Source: Octopus vulgaris
Lineage: Eukaryota
Direction of reading: 5' to 3'
Length of the DNA stretch: 64,000 nt
Assembly (NCBI GenBank): GCA_951406725.2
Contig: OX597822.1
Span: 111,228,001-111,292,000, forward strand
Part shown: positions 42,731-56,432 of the stretch, one piece after another
Numbering within the stretch: the first letter of the stretch is position 1
Layout of the letters: each line of letters starts with the position of its first letter
Notes under the pieces: model-generated
What the model was told of the DNA's origin: nothing
Databases searched by the model: none
What the model saw: the letters and a program-made list of their open reading frames with translations, nothing else
Translations under genes and position numbers: made by a program

Positions 42731-44049
42731 CCGTCGTAATTGATTAAATAACCGACCAAAAAATATCAAACATTAAAAACACTTGAAGCTGGACATCAAC
42801 ATAATTAGCAAACCAATTAGTTAGCAGCCCCTTTACATCTTTGCACATCTAATAAAGCTTAAATGAACAATTTATAGCATTATGCACCGCTTGCTATACA
42901 AAAGTTTAAGATTGATCGTAAGTTGCCCCACGCGGAGCTGATCTGTTGTTAAATATCAAGCGCAAGATGTGTGTTTTAAAATTCAACAATATTTATATGA
43001 AACAAGTTCTAGTGCAGTAGAAAAAAATAAATTGGTAATTTAAGATATATATCTCATTTTAGTATAAGCTTAAATGACAACAAAACTACCGTAATCCCTG
43101 GAATCAACGCAGTAAATAACTGGTAGATACCTTACTATGACTTTTGTTAACAATTTTATAGAATGCAAATAAAATTTATTGTGAAACTACAATTTTTTTA
43201 ATATAGGAGACTAAACAATGCGACATATATGCAGAGCTGAATAATTTAATAAAGGAAATTAATTAATTTCAAGGAAATTTTGAAATGCAGACCTGATAAA
43301 GTCCACCAGGAGCTTCGCATACCTTGCTTATTTGATAGCAACAATTTATCTCCCGTAGACTTCATCATTTGTAATCATACATAATTTATAATACGTATGA
43401 CAATTGAAAGACATAAAAGAGTATTCGAGTTTAAAATAGTTGGTTTTTGTAATACAAACGTCCATAATCATTTTATGACAGCGGAAATTAGTTTTACACA
43501 TGTGTTATATTTGCAGTCGTAGGACTATTTCAGATATAAAATAACGTCATCTGCCACACATTTCCTGCAGTTTATGAAAAAAAATATTTTTTCTAATTTC
43601 CTAAAGTGTTGCTGACATCTCTTGGAAACAAGCAGAAGCATTATAAAATAAAAGTACTTCAAAATGGGAATAAACTAGTAAGAGAGTGAAAACCTAGCGA
43701 TCATAAATGATGTGCTAGGTACGAAAATATATAACACAACCATAGAATGTCATAAAAACGAAAGCAAAGCAACGTAGCGCTCCTTACGTTTTACTCACAT
43801 AGCTATCAGATTAAAGATCATACACAATCGTCTCAAATTTTATAAAAGCTCGCGTAATAAATATAAATACCATTAAAGCAGCACAACAACTCAATCACAA
43901 AGCAAATTACATAATAGAGCAAGTTGTACATATATATTCCGACCTTTTAAAACGATAACACTATTCGAAACATCACCAACACAAAGCCCAAATGATAATA
44001 AACTTATATAATATATTGAAACGCAGTAACTTCAACTACTACTACTACA

Positions 44050-44085
<36 letters not shown>

Positions 44086-44133
44086 GCTGATGCTGATGCT
44101 GCTGATGCTGATGCTACTACTACTACTACTACT

Positions 44134-44181
<48 letters not shown>

Positions 44182-44189
44182 TATAACAA

Positions 44190-44534
44190 TAGAAGTAGTG
44201 GGGGAGCATCATAGCCATGTGTTGAGAGGGATTCTTTGGGGTTTGAATAATTCACCTCTGGAAACATGGGTGGTTCTTTCAACATCCTTAAACAACCCTT
44301 ATTCAGGGACCTTTTGAGCAGGATGGGCTACTCAACCTGAAGAAAATTCTAATTGGGCCCTACCTGCAAGGTCATGTGCTGTTTATCTTGATATGAGATC
44401 ACCATGTCGCGCACATATGGTTGTGATGCATGTGCCTGGTGTACCTTTATCAGACGGGTAGTCATGATGGGTATATTGGGCTTCGTATATTTTACCCCAG
44501 TGTCACTTTGATGGCATGAACTGCTCTCTCACTC
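44190..44534 (+). mobile_element. Family G, 5'-truncated, in (TAA)n
   Basis: Near-identical to 45114-45457. Confidence 0.85.
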
Positions 44535-44587
<53 letters not shown>

Positions 44588-44589
44588 TA

Positions 44590-44810
44590 AAAAAATATTC
44601 AGACAAATACATAACAAAAACACCAGGACTTACAAACACATATAACATACAGAAAATTGCACTACTAGGCACTGCACACATCCTACGCAGAACACTTTCC
44701 ATGCAATAACCATCAGAGCATCACAACAAATCACAGCACATACCCAAGGCACACAGAGCTGCGCTCGGTAGTGAAGTGAAAGCACGCTATAAAAAATAAA
44801 ACTACTGAAT
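44590..44810 (+). mobile_element. 3' end of an R4/Dong-like LINE (ORF C-terminus + 3' UTR) in (TAA)n
   Basis: KYSDKYITKTPGLTNTYNIQKIALLGTAHILRRTLSMQ* (stop 44707-44709); QKxxLLGTAxILR is typical of R4-clade ORF ends. Confidence 0.8.
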
Positions 44811-44814
44811 GATG

Positions 44815-44883
<69 letters not shown>

Positions 44884-44901
44884 CCCTGATGGGCATAATA
44901 A

Positions 44902-45457
44902 ATGCCCTGATGCAGTACCAGGCAGTGGCTCTCATGGCTTCTGATCTTAACTGATTGGAAGTGTTATCATGTACATTGTTTTGTCTTGGTATAAAAGATG
45001 GGCTACAGCAAATATTCTGCTCAATACCACAGATTTGCTTGTCAGTTGTTTGACCTTAGCCAGTTGAGCATGTCCCTTAGTGGCTGACGATATGTGCATC
45101 TCTGATCACGAGCAGAAGTAGTGGGGGAGCATCATAGCCATGTGTTGAGAGGGATTCTTTGGGGTTTGAATAATTCACCTCTGGAAACATGGGTGGTTCT
45201 TTCAACATCCTTAAACAACCCTTATTCAGGGACCTTTTGAGCGGGATGGTCTACTCAACCTGAAGAAAATTCTAACTGGGCCTCACCTACAAGGTCATGT
45301 GCTGTTTATCTTGATATGAGATCACCATGTCGCGCACATATGGTTGTGATGCATGTGCCTGGTGTACCCTTATCAGACGGGTAGTCCTGATGGGTATATT
45401 GGGCTTCGTATATTTTACCCCAGTGTCACTTTGATGGCATGAACTGCTCTCTCACTC
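44902..45457 (+). mobile_element. Family G, full-length ~555-bp non-coding element in (TAA)n
   Basis: atgccctgatgcagtacc...gctctctcactc flanked by (TAA)n; high identity to 58246-58801. Confidence 0.88.
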
Positions 45458-45530
45458 AATAATAATAATAATAATAATGATGATGATGATAATGATAATA
45501 ATAATAATAATAATGATGATGATAATAATG

Positions 45531-45601
<71 letters not shown>

Positions 45602-45774
45602 CCTTTTTACTAAAGGCACTATGTCTAAATTTTGGGGATGGGGTGTATTGACCCCAATACCCATCTGGTGATTATTTCATCGAACCCGTACAGGATGTAA
45701 AGCAAAGTCAGTCTGGGTTGAATTTGGATTAAGAATGAAAAGATGGATTAAATGCTTCTGCAAGCTCTCACCGC

Positions 45775-45849
<75 letters not shown>

Positions 45850-45875
45850 CAGGACTACAGCAAATATTCTGCTAT

Positions 45876-46273
45876 AATGCCCTGATGCTGTACCAGGCAG
45901 TAGTTCTCATGGCTTTTGATCTTAACTGATTGGAAGCGTTATCGTTTACATAGTTTTGTCTTGATAGCAAAGATGACCTACAGCAAATATCCTGCTCCAT
46001 ACCACATATTTGCTTGTCAGTTGTTTGACTTTAACCAGTTGAGTATGTCCCCCAGTGACTGACAATGTGTGCATCTCTGATCACTGGAAGAAGTAGTGGG
46101 CGAGCATCATAGTCATGTGTTGAGAGTAATTCTTTGGGATTTGAGTCGGGCACATATGGTTGCGATGCATATGCCTGGTGTACCCTTATCAGATGGTTGG
46201 TGATGATGGGTATTCTGGGCTTCGTATATTTTACTACAGGGTTACTTTGATGGCATGCATTGTTCTTTCACTC
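45876..46273 (+). mobile_element. Family G, diverged and internally deleted
   Basis: Same termini; lacks ~160 bp of the middle. Confidence 0.8.
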
Positions 46274-46304
<31 letters not shown>

Positions 46305-47271
46305 TGATGATGATGATGATGCCGGAGAAGAAGAAGTAGAAGAGGCGGGAGAGATGAAGAAGATGATGATGATGATGATGATAATAAAAAAAATAAGGGC
46401 AATGAACCCTAACATCATTTGAGAAGCCATCATTAGGTTTGATCAAAGCATACCGCCAACATAAACCTCTCCTCTACCATATTTTGGAATCATATGTACA
46501 ATGTTCTATCATGACTGTACACGTAAGAACTGTTAGGTGTAGGTGTCAAATCTACTTTATCTGTTTCGCATTTTCTTTTTCCTCTTGTTCTTTTTTTATA
46601 TATGCTACGTGTAACCAGCATCTATCTCCTCAATATCGCATCATTTTGTTGTAATCCATATGTTTGCGGCAATGCGAATAATCTTTCTGTTTTTAAATTC
46701 TGAAACTGAAGAGACGATGATATATTTTATTTTGATGTGCTTAGATTTACAATCGGTTGCACAAAAAAAGAGCATCCAAGAAGAAATAAAATGCATCTTT
46801 TTGTTTCATGATTTCTCTATTTCTCTGCCTTTTGGATTCCTTTGGGCTGAACGCACTCTATGCGATCTTTCTGCTTCAACAATAAGAAATGTATGTTTGG
46901 ACAAACTAAATAAAGGATCCACTTTACTTTCTCAATTCTCAAAAGTAAAACAGTGAAAGATGAGACAAAACAAATGTTTCGCTACTGCATTCACCTTTTT
47001 CCGTGTCTTTGAGGGAAAACATCCTGAATCTAAACGTGTCTTTGAATAGCAGCATACAAGGTAAATGAAGGAAATAAATTCTTATGCAAGAAAAAAGTCA
47101 TGAATCAAAATAGGATGCATAGGGTTATATGAAATGAAACGCAAATAACAAAATATAAAGACGCAACGAAAATCATGAAAACAATCTTACTCGAAACTAC
47201 GGAAATAGGTTGGAAAGGAATCGCAGAATGAGGAAACACTGCAACATCTAAGAAGATGCCGCAAATTGTAT

Positions 47272-47506
47272 ACCTATTTCTTTACTACCCACAAGGGGCT
47301 AAACACAGAGGGGACAAACAAGGACATACAAACGGATTAAGTCGATTACATCGACCCCAGTGCGTAATTGGTACTTAATTTATCGACCCCGCAAGGATCA
47401 AAGGCAAAGTCGACCTCGGCGGAATTTGAACTCACAACGTAACGGCAGCCGAAATACCGCAAAGCATTTCGCCCGACGTGCTAACGATTCTGCCAGCTCG
47501 CCGCCT
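47272..47506 (-). mobile_element. SINE family B, full length
   Basis: acctatttctttactacccacaagggg...ctgccagctcgccgcc. Confidence 0.9.
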
Positions 47507-47857
47507 TCGAATTGTATACTGAAGATTCCTTTTAAATTTTGACTGCAAATTTCGAGGCAGATAAACACAAAGAATATTGTAAATAAAAGGGAGGAGCTCA
47601 AAGTGGATAAATCTATCAATTATGGAGTGCAGGCTATTGGGTTACAAACACTTTCGATTAGCAAAAGTCAAATGCTTCACATGAGACTAGGAAACATCTT
47701 CTGTAAACGTGGTCCATGTACTCACCGTCATATCAAAGCGACACTTCACATTTCTCCATCCATTACAGGCGTTTTGTTTTTACTATTGAGAATTTTAGGC
47801 AGTATTTTAGCATTATAAGAATGTATTTCATGTCTCTCGAAATTTCTAAATTCCTAT

Positions 47858-48172
47858 AATTTAAACATCATGAAATGTTCTCAAATAGATGAAGAAAATT
47901 TAAACATCATGAAATGTTCTCAAATGGATGAAGAAAATTTAAACATCATGAAATGTTCTCAAATGGATGAAGAAAATTTAAACATCATGAAATGTTCTCA
48001 AATAGATGAAGAAAATTTAAACATCATGAAATGTTCTCAAATAGATGAAGAAAATTTAAACATCATGAAATGTTCTCAAATAGATGAAGAAAATTTAAAC
48101 ATCATGAAATGTTCTCAAATAGATGAAGAAAATTTAAACATCATGAAATGTTCTCAAATGGATGAAGAAAAT
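47858..48172 (+). repeat. 39-bp minisatellite, ~8 copies
   Basis: Unit aatttaaacatcatgaaatgttctcaaat(a/g)gatgaagaa, with one variable base. Confidence 0.95.
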
Positions 48173-48473
48173 CTGATGACATCGTATAGTGGTTAGCACG
48201 TCTATCATCTTTACAAAAGACGTGAGTTTGAGTATCACGCGAAGCCTCCAAGTTTTGTCCACCCAATAGATTTTTACCTCGGTATTCTGCACGCTGTTAT
48301 TTATAGCCTTCTCTATTGACTTCCCAATTCTCCGGCAAAATAATTAATTTCACATCTCTGGAAATTTCAACATTTTTATAATGTAAACGTAAATTACTGG
48401 AATTATGAAGACGATTGGAGACCAGCGGATATTAATGGCGTAGGTTATAACGTATCAACGAAAGAATGAGATA

Positions 48474-49713
48474 TTAGGTCGTCAAGTATGAAATGTGTAG
48501 AAAAGAAAAACAAGTTTGCTAATGTTTTGTGAATACAATGGATAGTTTTATTCACCCATATTGTCAAAACTCTTTTGCCATTTCAGTGATAGTTTGTCCA
48601 GCCGGGAACTGTAAAAGCCTGGCTATCTAGAGTCACTAAAATCTTGGAAGGCCTGTTTTACAGCATCGTGGAAATTAAATTTTTTATCCTATCAAAAATG
48701 TATCCAAATTCTGGAAGAAGTGGTAATCAGTGGGGACAAGATCAGGTGAGTATGGTGGATAATGGAGAACTTCCAACTACAGCTCCTTTAGTTTAGCCAG
48801 TGTCATTTTTGCGATGTGTTGTCTGGCATTGTTTTGCAATAAAATAGGAGTGGATCTGTTGATTAATCTAGGATATTTTTTGTAAATTTCTGTATCATTT
48901 GTGCCAGATGGCTGTAGTATACTTCGGCCATGATTGATGAGCTACGTTTAATGAAATCATAATGGATTACACCTGCGCCAGACCACTAAACATACACCAT
49001 CAGCTTCTTTTGATGTATTTTGGAGGCTCGTCTTTGTCCACGCATTGTGCTGAACGTTTACGGTTGTTGTATTGGATTCATTTCTCATCATACGTTACGA
49101 TTGGATTAAGAAATGATTCATTTTTGTGACGAGAAAGTAGCATAATGCAGGATTCCGAACGTTGCTGTTACTGATTTTCATTGAGTTCATGTGGAACCCA
49201 GTTATTCAACATTTTCACTTTACCGATTTGAACTAGGTGAGTCAATATTGTTTGCATGCTAACACCAAGCAACAGCGATAATTTACGGACAATTTGAGAA
49301 GGATCTGACGCGGGTATAGCTTTTAGTTCGTCTTTATCTATCTTTGTTTCTGGTCGACCCCGTTGCTCATTTGTGAGGTCAAAGTTACCAGAACGAAATT
49401 TTGCAAACCAATTTGGTACTGTCTGCTGTGTAATTATATTAGAATGAAATACTCCATTAATATTCCGAGCTGTCTGTGATGTTTTATTTCCAAGAAAGAA
49501 CTCTTATTTCAAAACTGTACGAATTTCCGACTCTAAACAAAACTAGCGGAAAACAACTTATAAATACTTTATAACGAGCAAAATGAGTTAGAATAAGGAA
49601 ATAGATGTGTCAGCTTTCTAACAAAAAAATAAAGATTGTGAAAATATAGTAATGGCGCAAAATGAGCAGCTGCCAAATTTTACCATATACAAATTTCATA
49701 CTTGACGACCTAA
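48474..49713 (-). mobile_element. Near full-length decayed mariner transposon (~1.24 kb)
   Basis: TIR TTAGGTCGTCAAGTATGAAAT at both ends, TA TSDs; minus-strand WFAKFRSGNFDL..RGRP, WVPHEL, IVTYDEK, YPPYSPDL; ORF broken. Confidence 0.93.
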
Positions 49714-50796
49714 TAATTACAGATTAAAACATAACAGTAGACTTCCTATACATTTGCATTGGACATAGGACATACTCTTGCATAGAACTTAATAAAGTTC
49801 AACGAAAACATAGCAGCAACAATATCAAAGAACAAACTTAGAAGACACCTTTTAATACAAAGAGATACGCGCACAGCGTCCTAAGATTAAATGGAACAGT
49901 ATATGTAGCGCTGAAGATGGAAACAAACAGAGAAGATGAGAGAACATTAAGTGTTCACTCAATTTTATATTGAAGTCAATAACGAAATTTCATACTGAAT
50001 CAAGCAAATGTTTTTCGATAAAAATGAAATTGTAGTCAATGCAGATGCGACTTCAACCTACGATTTTCGTGGAAAAATAAATACGGACAAGATTATTCTC
50101 GGAAAACAGATTAAGCCGTGATCGGTTGAGGGAATATCAACACATGAAGTATCCTAGCCTCTAAGAAAAATAGGCGATAGGAAGGCCTAACAAGATAATA
50201 AAATTCCAAACTTCTAATCAACATTTTTAACATGGACGTAAGTTAATAACAGAAATTAAAATGCATTAAGATAGTGAAGAAGCAGGGCAGAAAGCCTGAC
50301 TGTTCAAAAACCACGACACTAACGTACAATTTCTGCACATACCTTACGGTATAAAATCAAACCGTAATAATTATTCCGCACACGGCATTATGCTACAGCA
50401 TCAGCGAAAGGCAATCTAGCACAATGTTTAATCGACACGATCACCATCCACTTGAATAAAACCACATTGTCTTACAAAATCGATATCCAACACGTTGGCA
50501 CTAACAACTCATACGCCGCATACCCTATAAAGTTCTGCTGCAATAATATAACAGAAGGAAAACGCGATACAAATCAGTGTGGAGCGCATAATAATCCTCA
50601 CCAGAAACCAACAAAATAACTCATTTCGTAATTGCACATATTCTGCAGAGCATAATAGACGAAATAGAAACAAAATAAGTCGATGAAGCCAAACTGATGT
50701 AGTTTAGCCATTGAAAAACTTCACTCGGAAACAAAAAAATAAAGTGACACTCGATTTAAAATTATTGCGCATGACTGATTTCATATTTGGCTAGAT

Positions 50797-50956
50797 ATCA
50801 TAACAAACAATATTTTTTTCCTCTGTTTCCCTTCTCTGGATCTTTCCTTCTCCTATGTTTCCGACGAAGAGCTCCGCTCGAAACGTTAAACCCTCTTTCT
50901 TTCCTTCTTTCTTGAGCGTCCAATAATACTATATTTGTTCCACGTCCTCGCGTTGT

Positions 50957-50960
<4 letters not shown>
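50797..50960 (+). mobile_element. Family E short element with hammerhead-like motif
   Basis: GTTT-CCGACGA-A-GAGC-tcc-GCTC-GAAAC-GT-T-AAAC at 50857-50891; second copy at 61823-61990. Confidence 0.72.
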
Positions 50961-51017
<57 letters not shown>

Positions 51018-51899
51018 GTACAAGCACTCGTATATATACATGCATTTATGAATGTATGGATATATGTGCGTGTCTCGTTTTGAGTAGTTGTGTGTGTGTG
51101 GTGTGGGGTAAGGTTAATACTTATCACAAAGGAAATATATTTACAAATAATTATGGTATATCGCTCAAGTTGAAGCATTTTGATATATAGAAGTTCTAAC
51201 AAAGAATATCTCATAGGAGCCGGTGCCATGTGTAGAGCGAATAAGAAAACCGATTGATAACAATTTATTTGCCGTCCATCGTCTAAAAAATAGCGAATGT
51301 CCAACATTTGTTGGAGGAAAGTGATGAGAACAGAAATCAGTTTTAGTTAATTAACAATTGCTATCCATCTGAGATTTCAAATTCGATTAAACATCGAATG
51401 AAATTTGAATTACTACGTCCAATCAACATTGGATTATGGTTCATGAAAAAATATCGTTCTTAAATTCTGACACTGAATCAGCCGTTGCATGAGGAGATTA
51501 AAGCATTGTTGACACTTGATTGATCCAATGTTGAACTGTTGATCATCATAAATTGCCGACTTTTCTGTTATGTTTAAAATATACATGTTGCATAAAAACT
51601 CAAACACGTTGCCAAGAGATTAAGCTTTTAAATTTCAATTGGACACAGACAATCGTGGTTCTTTGGTTGTGAGGAATATTGCCTCTTCAATGTGGAACCT
51701 ATTTCCCAGATTTCCATATATCCACTAATACCTGACAAGTATTGAGGGAATTGGACTGTAGAAGCTGAAACTTATTCGAACACGGAAAATGTTAATCTAT
51801 GAGAAAATCGGAAAATGCCTCTCACCATTAGGTACATGCAGTTTACATGAATAAGCTAGTCTTATACAAAGCAATTTCGCAAAATTATGCGACGTTTAC

Positions 51900-52200
51900 A
51901 TCGATAGTACCGCCCAACTTTCCACATCCAACTGAAGCCGTCCAAGAATTTGGACCTGGAGATCTACATTTCCAGCGGCTTTGAGGGCCACATCCCAGTC
52001 GTGTCGAGCGTCAACGAAGAGCACTCGACAACAACAAGACGCCCAAAGTTTTTTTCCAAGGTTTGGGGTCTCCCACACCTAAGCCCTAGACCATCACCTA
52101 ATCACCCTTACCCGTCTTGTTGCTTAACAACAACAACAACAACAACATCCGACTGAAGGACACCTGACTACCAACGCGTCTGAAAGCACTTACTGAAATG
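51900..52200 (+). pseudogene. Possible decayed Ty3/gypsy gag-like fragment
   Basis: GC-richer island; loose frameshifted pattern DLEIYFQRLE..KFF..PNHPY..SD. Weak. Confidence 0.25.
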
Positions 52201-52491
52201 CGGCAACACAGCCAAAGAGATAGACGCTGCCCACAGATAGGAAGCCTTAAAGTCCACCATCGTAACCTCTAGACAAATACTCGATCACAGTTAGGCCGAT
52301 GGCCAATCATTGCTCCTACAACGAGTCGGCTACAACCGGCATCTTCATTACTATGGCTTGATTGATAATGTTACTTACCAGCACCATGTTCGCCACCTCC
52401 ACAGCCAGCTGCCGGCACCCCCCTTGCTTGTTGCGACGCGGAATAATGCTGTTGACAATCAGCATCTTATCAACGACCCCTACAGGGACAT

Positions 52492-53008
52492 ATACCTATT
52501 TCTTTACTACCCACAAGGGACTAACCAGCGTTACTGGTACGTATTTGATCGACCCCGAAAGGATGAAAGGCAAAGTCGGCCTCGGCGGAATTTGAACTCA
52601 GAACGTAGCAGCAGGCGAAATACCACAGAGAGAACAGACAAGGGCAGACAAACGGATTAAGTCGATTATATCGAACCCAGTGCGTAACTGGTACTTATTT
52701 GATCGACTCTGAAAGGATGAAAGGCAAAGTCGGCCCCGGCGGAATTTGAACTCAGAACGTAGCAACAGGCGAAATACCTATTTCTTTACTACCCACAAGG
52801 AGATAAACACAGAAGGGACAAACAAGGACAGATAAACGGATAAGTCGATTATATCGAACCCAGTGCGTAACTTGTACGTATTTGATCGACCCCGAAAGGA
52901 TGAAAGGCAAAGTCGACCTCGGCGGAATTTGAACTCAGGACGTAACGGCTGACGAAATACCGCTAAGCATTTCGCCCGGCGTGCTAACGAGTCTGCCAGC
53001 TCACCCAC
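52492..53008 (-). mobile_element. SINE family B tandem trimer (one head, three bodies)
   Basis: gaaaggatgaaaggcaaagtc at ~52557, 52711 and 52894; only the last unit has the head. Confidence 0.88.
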
Positions 53009-54847
53009 TTGTCTCCACCGATTGCTAACATGACATTTACGACCATTACTAACAATACCAATGTAGACAACGCCATCACTGACTACCAGCACACCATTTC
53101 CCACTGCTACGACGACCGGCTACAACCACAGCATTCACCACCACTGCCGCTAACCCGCAACCAGTCTTCCACCATCATCCACAGTCTGACCTCTACACCA
53201 CAAGCAACACCATCATTTGGGGAGCTACTGTTACTAGCATAAGCACTGGGCTAAAACAAGGTCACTGTACATACGGCTATCCAAATGGCAGGATCTACGT
53301 AGACATTCATTTCTTTGACTGTACTCTGCTGAAGAGAGGACTCTGCGCCCGAAATATATAAAAGCTTTTTCCAGTTTCATCTCTGCATTGTTAGAAGCTT
53401 TCCTTATTTCATATATTATTCTAACTGTGAATTATATATCTCAAATAATTTTATTCTTTCATTTGCAACAAGAATTAATATTTTCTCATTCTAGTGTATT
53501 TTTTGCACAGTCTGACGCTCTTTATAAAAATAATACAACCTATACATATTATGTGCACATGTAGGCTGAGAGATATTTACTGGCTTCAAATGTACAAATG
53601 GCGTATTCATAGTATTCGTGTCACAAATTTAAAGGCATCATTCAGTAAGCAAAATTTGACCTACAAAGTGAAAAAAAAAGGACAAAATTGTACATTATTA
53701 GTCTATTTATTTAAAATTGATTACATGTGTTATACATACGAAGGAATGTTTTGCTGCGGATAGGAGATTTTGAACGAGAGATTCATTGTATGTAAATGTA
53801 AACATCATTTGGGAATTACACCAGTTGATAGTTTTTTCTTTCAATAAAATCTTGAATATGTACTTCTCTCATTCTCTTTTTCTCTCTACATCTCTCTCTC
53901 TCTCTTTCTCTCTTTCTTTCTGCGCCCTGTAATTCAGTAGATAAAAAATAAACAACCGATTCTGCTAGTCATAGAAAATCCCACTGTATATGTGAGAGAA
54001 TAGAAAACATAAAAACACAGTTACAGTATTCTAGGCAATATCTTTTTCCAATTCAAGTTGTTCGCAACTGTATAAACTGAGTTGAATGTACTGATACACG
54101 TCTAGACGCCTAACACATGTTCTTTGAAATATTAGGCATTGAGTTATAGTTCATAGATATTACTTAATGAACAGTAGTATAAATTATCATGATCTATTAT
54201 GAACATTCCTTAACGATACCATGTCTGCCATTGTCGAGCCTGCATCCTGACAATGTGCCTAATGTTGAGCATATCCTGATGAAATCGGAGTTGTGCTGAG
54301 CATGATAAGTCATCCGTATAGAGGACAAGGATTCTGTAGAATGGGATCTATTGAAGGTTTAAATGCGTAAGTTATTCAAGGGTCCGGCGGATAATCAGTT
54401 ATACGGATATCATAGAGCAAATACTCAAGCAGGTGGTCTGAGAGTGATTGCATAGGAGAAGATAGCGAAATGTAAGTGTTTGCTTTAAAGAATGTACTAA
54501 AAATTTGCAGTGCCTGTGTTAATGGCTAGTGCATTTGAACTAAAATCCACAAAAGGGGTAGCAACCGTTGCAGAATTAAACTCCCTACATGCACAAATAC
54601 AGGAAAACACACAGCCACACACACACACATGCACACAGACATACATATACACACATACTGGGACACATAAACTCATATACATATATATATATGTATGTAT
54701 GTTACTGTATACATATATGTATAAATGTGTATACACGCAAACACACACACACACATATATATATATATATGTATGTATATAAATGTATACATATATGTAT
54801 AAATGTGTATATACACAAACACACACACACATATATATATATATATA

Positions 54848-55795
54848 ATCCTCGATTTCAAAATAATGCTCAACAATATCAATAGCAACATACAATTCAC
54901 CATGGACCATAGCAAAAAAGCAACTTTCTTTTCTTGACATCCTAATTAAAATAGTCAATAATCCAATGATCACATCGAAAGGACATACTCTATAAACCCA
55001 CAGATTCAAATCAATATCTATTATTCAACTCTTGTCATCCCAACACATAAAAATTAATATACCTTATAAACTAGCGCAAAGAATAAGTACCATAGTTTCG
55101 GACACCAACACTCGTGAACGAAGACTCCTTGAATTCAGATCAATACTAATCAAGGGACATTACCCAAAATCATTAATAAATGATTGGATTCAACGAGCAA
55201 AGGAAATAGACATGGGAACATTAAGGGAAGTCAACTGAAATACTACACCAGACTTAAAAATGCTCCCACATATAACCCTAGAAACAAGGAAGCCTTCGAC
55301 ATTGTCATCCAAAATCTACCCATTTTCACAGGAGACAAAACAATGGACAAAATTTTAGGCTCACACAAAATTATCAAGATCAAAATGCAACCGAAGTCAT
55401 TGAAAAATATTAACCAACGCAAGACTATTGCCATTAACAACGGAACCAAAAGTGACAAAATGCGGTTGGCCTGACTGTGACATATGCCCCAACTTTTAGA
55501 TTTCCACTTTAAACAACGTGAAATATTTACGATATTAATCTATACCATTACATGCTTAGGGTGCGGTAATCATTATATTGGCCAAACAGGGATGTCACCC
55601 CGTCGAAGAAAAAATCCGCTGCCCACAATACAGACAGTTACAAGTCAGTGAACACATAGACAGGTGTGTTAGGAATCTTAATCCTAACTTCCAAAATTTC
55701 CCTTTGTTCACAGAGTACCTCAGTTAGGCAAAGAATGAATAAAGAAGCAACTTCCATCAACAAATATCATCTACGACTCAACATGAACACATAAC
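54848..55795 (+). pseudogene. 5'-truncated Penelope-like element: RT C-terminus + GIY-YIG endonuclease, frameshifted
   Basis: [55 protein letters not shown]; C..CP; IYTITCLGCGNHYIGQTG (55538-55591); VSEHIDRC. Confidence 0.9.
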
Positions 55796-55978
55796 ATAAT
55801 ATAGAACACTACTAAACTTACCATTAATACCACTAATTCCCATACATTCCATGCACCATACATATTACAATATTAAATCTACCCTAAATGCACGACACCC
55901 AGAATTACTTACCTCCCTTGCATATAATCTTTTTACTCGGGGACTAGTAGACCCGACACCGTTTGGTAATTGGTGCGC

Positions 55979-56026
55979 ATTCAAAGTCAGTGAACAGCAA
56001 TTGACGAAACCGGTATGACTTTGAAT
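55979..56026 (+). ncRNA. Degenerate hammerhead-like motif in the Penelope 3' pLTR region
   Basis: Perfect 11-bp stem I ATTCAAAGTCA/TGACTTTGAAT enclosing GTGAACA-gcaattgac-GAAAC-CG-GT-A. Confidence 0.6.
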
Positions 56027-56224
56027 CCCTTAACAATTCAAAATAATGACATTTATTTCTCGTAATTCTTCCTCAGTTCATTTAATTGTATATATTTATC
56101 GTTACTTTTTATAAAGAGGCCTTTATTTTTATTATATCCAATGTGCATTTTCCCTTTTTTTATTCTTACTTTCCCCATATTTCTACCAAGTACAGTTTAT
56201 TTTTCTCTTTGAAACATATTTCTA

Positions 56225-56347
<123 letters not shown>

Positions 56348-56387
56348 ACGAGAAAAAATGGAGGCAATGAGAATTTTAAATAATTCT

Positions 56388-56432
56388 TCATTATTAGCTC
56401 TTTCGTTCGTTTACACGAACTCTTCAAGATGA
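56388..56432 (-). ncRNA. Hammerhead-like motif
   Basis: Minus strand c-TTGAAGA-GTTCGT-gtaa-ACGAAC-GAAA-G-ag-C-T-A; perfect stem II, weak stem I. Confidence 0.45.

Noticed and set aside
47858-48172. CRISPR-like periodicity
   Set aside because: Head-to-tail repeats with no unique spacers, no cas genes, eukaryotic context.
53320-53370. CTGAAGA...GAAATATATA hammerhead-like motif
   Set aside because: Stems I and II pair poorly and there is no second copy in the window.
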